In this document: positions 60,835 to 64,000 of the stretch, piece after piece
How the letters are laid out: each line of letters opens with the position of its first letter
Numbering within the stretch: position 1 is the stretch's first letter
DNA from: Candidatus Velthaea sp.
Lineage (GTDB): Bacteria > Vulcanimicrobiota > Vulcanimicrobiia > Vulcanimicrobiales > Vulcanimicrobiaceae
Direction of reading: 5' to 3'
Length of the DNA stretch: 64,000 nucleotides
Assembly (NCBI GenBank): GCA_965214935.1
Contig: CBDCCS010000022.1
Span: forward strand, 448,001-512,000
The notes under the pieces: model-generated
What the model saw: only the letters and a program-made list of their open reading frames with translations
What the model was told of the DNA's origin: nothing
Database searches by the model: none
Translations under genes and position numbers: made by a program

Positions 60835-61463
60835 TCCGTTCGTCCTTCGTTTGAGAGTTGTAATTGACGGCCGCCGTGCACGCACGTCCGGCACGTTCCA
60901 GCCGAGCCCGCACAGCCGCTCGACGCTGCTTTCACCGGCTTACATACCCGGCCGAACGTTTGCCGCACGGATCCGACAATGCTGTTAAACGGGCATAAGT
61001 ATCGGCAAATCCCCCGTTTTCCGAGGACGGCCACACTCGCGGGAATCGCGAGCGCGAGGCTCAACCCGAAGAGATGCCGTTGCCAACTGTTCGGATCGAG
61101 ATCGAGCGGGGTGCGGTCGTGCAACGCCGCATTCGGCCACAGCCACCAGCCGATCGGGATCCATAAAAGGAGCACGGCAAGCGTTACGCCACGGCCAAGG
61201 CGTGGATTGAATCGGACGCGCGAGCGCGCGATCGGCTCGGCGAAATCCTGAATGGCGCCGATCCAGCACATCGTCCCGCACACGAGCGGTGACCCGGCGG
61301 CCGAGAGCAGAATCAAGGCGATCCAAAACGCGGCACCGATGGCAAGCCACAACGGCCCGGGCAGATGCGCCTCGACCAGCCCGAGGTTAACGAAGACGAA
61401 GAGTATTTGCAGCAGCCGCCGCCGCCGCTCGGCGGTGAGTCCGCCCGACGCGCCGACATCCAT
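60831..61463 (-). CDS. Membrane 4Fe-4S-binding (Fer4_5/NapH-like) protein
   Basis: CGTMCWIGAIQD, CRYLCPF and C-terminal C......CRTC. TATGAT at -12..-7 of ATG 61463. Confidence 0.7.
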   Translation of the reverse strand: MDVGASGGLTAERRRRLLQILFVFVNLGLVEAHLPGPLWLAIGAAFWIALILLSAAGSPLVCGTMCWIGAIQDFAEPIARSRVRFNPRLGRGVTLAVLLLWIPIGWWLWPNAALHDRTPLDLDPNSWQRHLFGLSLALAIPASVAVLGKRGICRYLCPFNSIVGSVRQTFGRVCKPVKAASSGCAGSAGTCRTCVHGGRQLQLSNEGRTE

Positions 61464-61559
61464 CCTCACATCATAAGCCGCTGACGGAACGGGCTGCCGC
61501 GACGCAGGTCACGGCCGCGCGGCAAGGCAACGCGCGGTCACTACGCTAACGTCATCTCG

Positions 61560-62435
61560 GTGCCGGTTAATGCTGCGCGAATAAATCCGGCAATCCGCGG
61601 CTTGGCCTGGCGGCAAGTCGTGCCGGCGGTGGTGGCGGCAGGCGAATTGTCGATCGCGTTGCTGTTCTTTTTCAAGCCGGGCATCGCGTTCTCGCTACTC
61701 GGCCGGCCGGTGCTCGATCCGGTGATGAGCCGGCAATACGGACTCTTTCTCTGCTCGGCCGCGTTGATGTACGCGCTCGTTGCTGCAGATCCGATTGTCT
61801 TCCGGCGCTTTCTCTGGATCGGCGTGATTCAACGCGGATTCGAGTTGGCGATCGCGGCGATCGATTGGCGAGCCGGCGAGATCGCGACGAACGCTTTCTT
61901 TGCGCTCGCCGGCGTCGAAATCTGCGTTGCTGCTCTGCTTGCGCTATGTGCCGGCGGGCGCGTTGGTTCGGCTGCCGCCGCCGGCTCGCGCGAATCGCGT
62001 GCCGTGTTGCAGCCAAGTGTTTGGCTCGTACGAGCGCTGGTTGGGTTCGGCGGCTTGCAGCTTTTTTGGGCGTTCTGCTCGACGGTGTTCGTTCAACTCG
62101 GTTCGCGCTTACTGGGTTGGCGGTTGCAAGATGCATACACCACGCAGCAGCAAGGCATCGCGCTGCTGGTAATCGGATTGAGCAGCGTGCTCGCTGCGAC
62201 GGACGTGCAGCGGTATCGCCGGTTCGTTTGGGTTCCGCTCAGCAGTCAAATTCTCGGAATCGTCAACGCCATGAACGAACTGCGTCTTGGTAGCATCTCA
62301 TTAACGGTTGCGCTCATCCAATGGGCAATTCAATCGATCATCATCGCCTTACTCGTGCGACTTTCGGCTCGTGGGACGACCGCGGGTAAGGCATCTTCAG
62401 CGCTCGTCGTGCCGCTGGGCGACACCATCGGCTAG
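61560..62435 (+). CDS. Membrane protein with two internal repeats, paralogous to 60403..60834
   Basis: SRQYGLFL...AADP..FRRFLW and TQQQGIAL...ATDVQRYRRFVW. Confidence 0.65.
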   Translation: MPVNAARINPAIRGLAWRQVVPAVVAAGELSIALLFFFKPGIAFSLLGRPVLDPVMSRQYGLFLCSAALMYALVAADPIVFRRFLWIGVIQRGFELAIAAIDWRAGEIATNAFFALAGVEICVAALLALCAGGRVGSAAAAGSRESRAVLQPSVWLVRALVGFGGLQLFWAFCSTVFVQLGSRLLGWRLQDAYTTQQQGIALLVIGLSSVLAATDVQRYRRFVWVPLSSQILGIVNAMNELRLGSISLTVALIQWAIQSIIIALLVRLSARGTTAGKASSALVVPLGDTIG

Positions 62436-62474
62436 CCGGCTGCAACCGTCCACGCCGTCGGCACGTCGTCTCGC

Positions 62475-63473
62475 TTGGTGAGAAACGCCGAATCACTCGC
62501 AACGGCAAGCCGGCCGATCGCAAATAGCAATGGATTGTATCGTGGTCTCGACGTACGGCTGAGCGTAGCGATTGCCGCGGTTTGGCTGTTGTGGGGGTCG
62601 ACCTATGCCGGAATGCGTCTGGCGGTCGCAACAATGCCGCCGTTCGCAATGGCATCGGTACGTTTCAGCATTGCCGGGTTGATTTTATATCTCATCTGCG
62701 TCGCACGCGGACGAGCCGCCGTTACGCGCGACGACATCGCGCGCGCGGTGGTCACCGGCTCGACGCTCCTGGTTCTGGGAAACGGCATCACCGCGTGGAC
62801 CGTCCAGTACCTGCCGACCGGGGTCAATTCGTTACTGCTTTCGCTCGTGCCGATCTGGATGGCGATCATTGCATTCGTCTGGGGCCGCGAACGGCCGACG
62901 CGGGCGGCAATCGTCGGCAAGTGCTTCGGTTTCGCCGGTCTAGCGTTACTGCTGCTCCAGCCGCACGGCAGCGGATCGGTCACATTGGGACCGGCGCTGC
63001 TCGCGGTCTGCGCCAGCATCGCCTGGGCTTTCGGCTCGATCTATCAACGCCGGGCACCCAAAGTGCACAGCCTCATTTGCGCGACGGCATTGCAGATGCT
63101 TGCCGGCGGGCTGCTGCTGGGCGTGCAAGCCGCACTCTTCGGCCAATGGCGTCAAATCAATCTGCACGCGATCAGTGCCGCCTCGCTGGGTGGCTTCGTG
63201 TGGCTCATTTTCTTCGGGAGCTTACTGGGTTATAGCGCTTACCTCTACACAATGCAGGCCGCACGGCCGGCACTCGCTGCGACATACGCGTACGTCAATC
63301 CGATCGTCGCAGTCATCATCGGTATTCTCATCTTTCACGAGCGTTTTACGGCGACTGAAGCAATCGCCGGCGCGATAATTTTGTTCGGCGTTGCGCTCAT
63401 GATGCTGCCACCGCTACGCGAACCGACTCGATCGATCCGCGCAGCCGACAGTTCGCCGTTTAAACCGGTTTAG
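62475..63473 (+). CDS. EamA/DMT family transporter
   Basis: LWGSTY, RFSIAG, QMLAGG and TYAYVNPIVAV. Start uncertain. Confidence 0.88.
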   Translation: MVRNAESLATASRPIANSNGLYRGLDVRLSVAIAAVWLLWGSTYAGMRLAVATMPPFAMASVRFSIAGLILYLICVARGRAAVTRDDIARAVVTGSTLLVLGNGITAWTVQYLPTGVNSLLLSLVPIWMAIIAFVWGRERPTRAAIVGKCFGFAGLALLLLQPHGSGSVTLGPALLAVCASIAWAFGSIYQRRAPKVHSLICATALQMLAGGLLLGVQAALFGQWRQINLHAISAASLGGFVWLIFFGSLLGYSAYLYTMQAARPALAATYAYVNPIVAVIIGILIFHERFTATEAIAGAIILFGVALMMLPPLREPTRSIRAADSSPFKPV

Positions 63474-64000
63474 GATTACGCTCGAAACCCCGCTGATGCC
63501 AGTATGGATACGCCAGCGTCGTTTCACTCGCCGCATCGATCTTGGCAATTTGGTCGGGTGTCAGCTTCCAATCAACGGCGGCGAGATTTTGAACGAGCTG
63601 TTCTTCGTTGCGGGCGCCGATGATAATCGATGCAATCGTCGGCCGCCGTGCAAGCCAGTTCAGCGCGATCTGCGGAACGCTCTTGCCGGTTTCGGCGGCG
63701 ATCTCGTCGATGGCATTGACAACTTTGTATAAATACTCGTCGGCCACCGGCGGGCCGTTGTCGCCCGTCACCGGCAGCCGGCTGACGTCGGGTTTAGGCT
63801 GACCGCGACGCAGCTTCCCGGTAAGCCGGCCCCAGCCTAGCGGGCTCCAAACAAGTGCACCGACACCTTGATCGATGCCCAGTGGCATGAGTTCCCACTC
63901 GTAATCACGCCCGATCGGCGAGTAATACGCTTGGTGCGCAACGTAACGTGCCCAGCCATAACGCTCGGACACCGCCAGCGATTTCATTAAATGCCAGCCG
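63460..64000 (-). CDS. Aldo/keto reductase, 5'-truncated by the window edge
   Basis: HQAYYS.IGRDYEWEL, WSPLGWGRLTGK and IIGARNEEQL. Confidence 0.88.
   Translation of the reverse strand, partial: GWHLMKSLAVSERYGWARYVAHQAYYSPIGRDYEWELMPLGIDQGVGALVWSPLGWGRLTGKLRRGQPKPDVSRLPVTGDNGPPVADEYLYKVVNAIDEIAAETGKSVPQIALNWLARRPTIASIIIGARNEEQLVQNLAAVDWKLTPDQIAKIDAASETTLAYPYWHQRGFERNPKPV

Overview
GC-rich bacterial chromosome segment from an anoxygenic chlorophototroph. The gene content is most reminiscent of Eremiobacterota/Vulcanimicrobiota (WPS-2); this is inference only. Bacteriochlorophyll genes are split into small clusters rather than one photosynthesis gene cluster: bchD(3' part)-[histone H1-like]-bchH, bchL, and bchN-bchB-bchG-bchP. 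The rest of the window holds an FeS-type cryptochrome/photolyase, three sugar/polyol ABC transporters with a polyol catabolic operon, a DING/PstS-like + TonB-dependent receptor + lipoprotein surface locus, housekeeping genes and several frameshifted or decayed genes. The most notable signals read directly from the sequence are: (1) a shared GTGA-N6-TCAC CRP/FNR-type site upstream of bchH, bchL and bchN, at class II spacing from a -10 box; (2) an ETR1-type ethylene-binding domain fused to a PP2C phosphatase and an RsbW-like kinase, between bchH and bchL; (3) a leaderless Cys-rich leader peptide plus intrinsic terminator upstream of an OsmC gene (putative cysteine attenuator); (4) an 81-bp tandem array of a structured REP-like element; (5) unannotated small proteins, including a 45-aa single-TM protein divergent from bchL. 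No rRNA, tRNA, CRISPR array or transposase was recognised.
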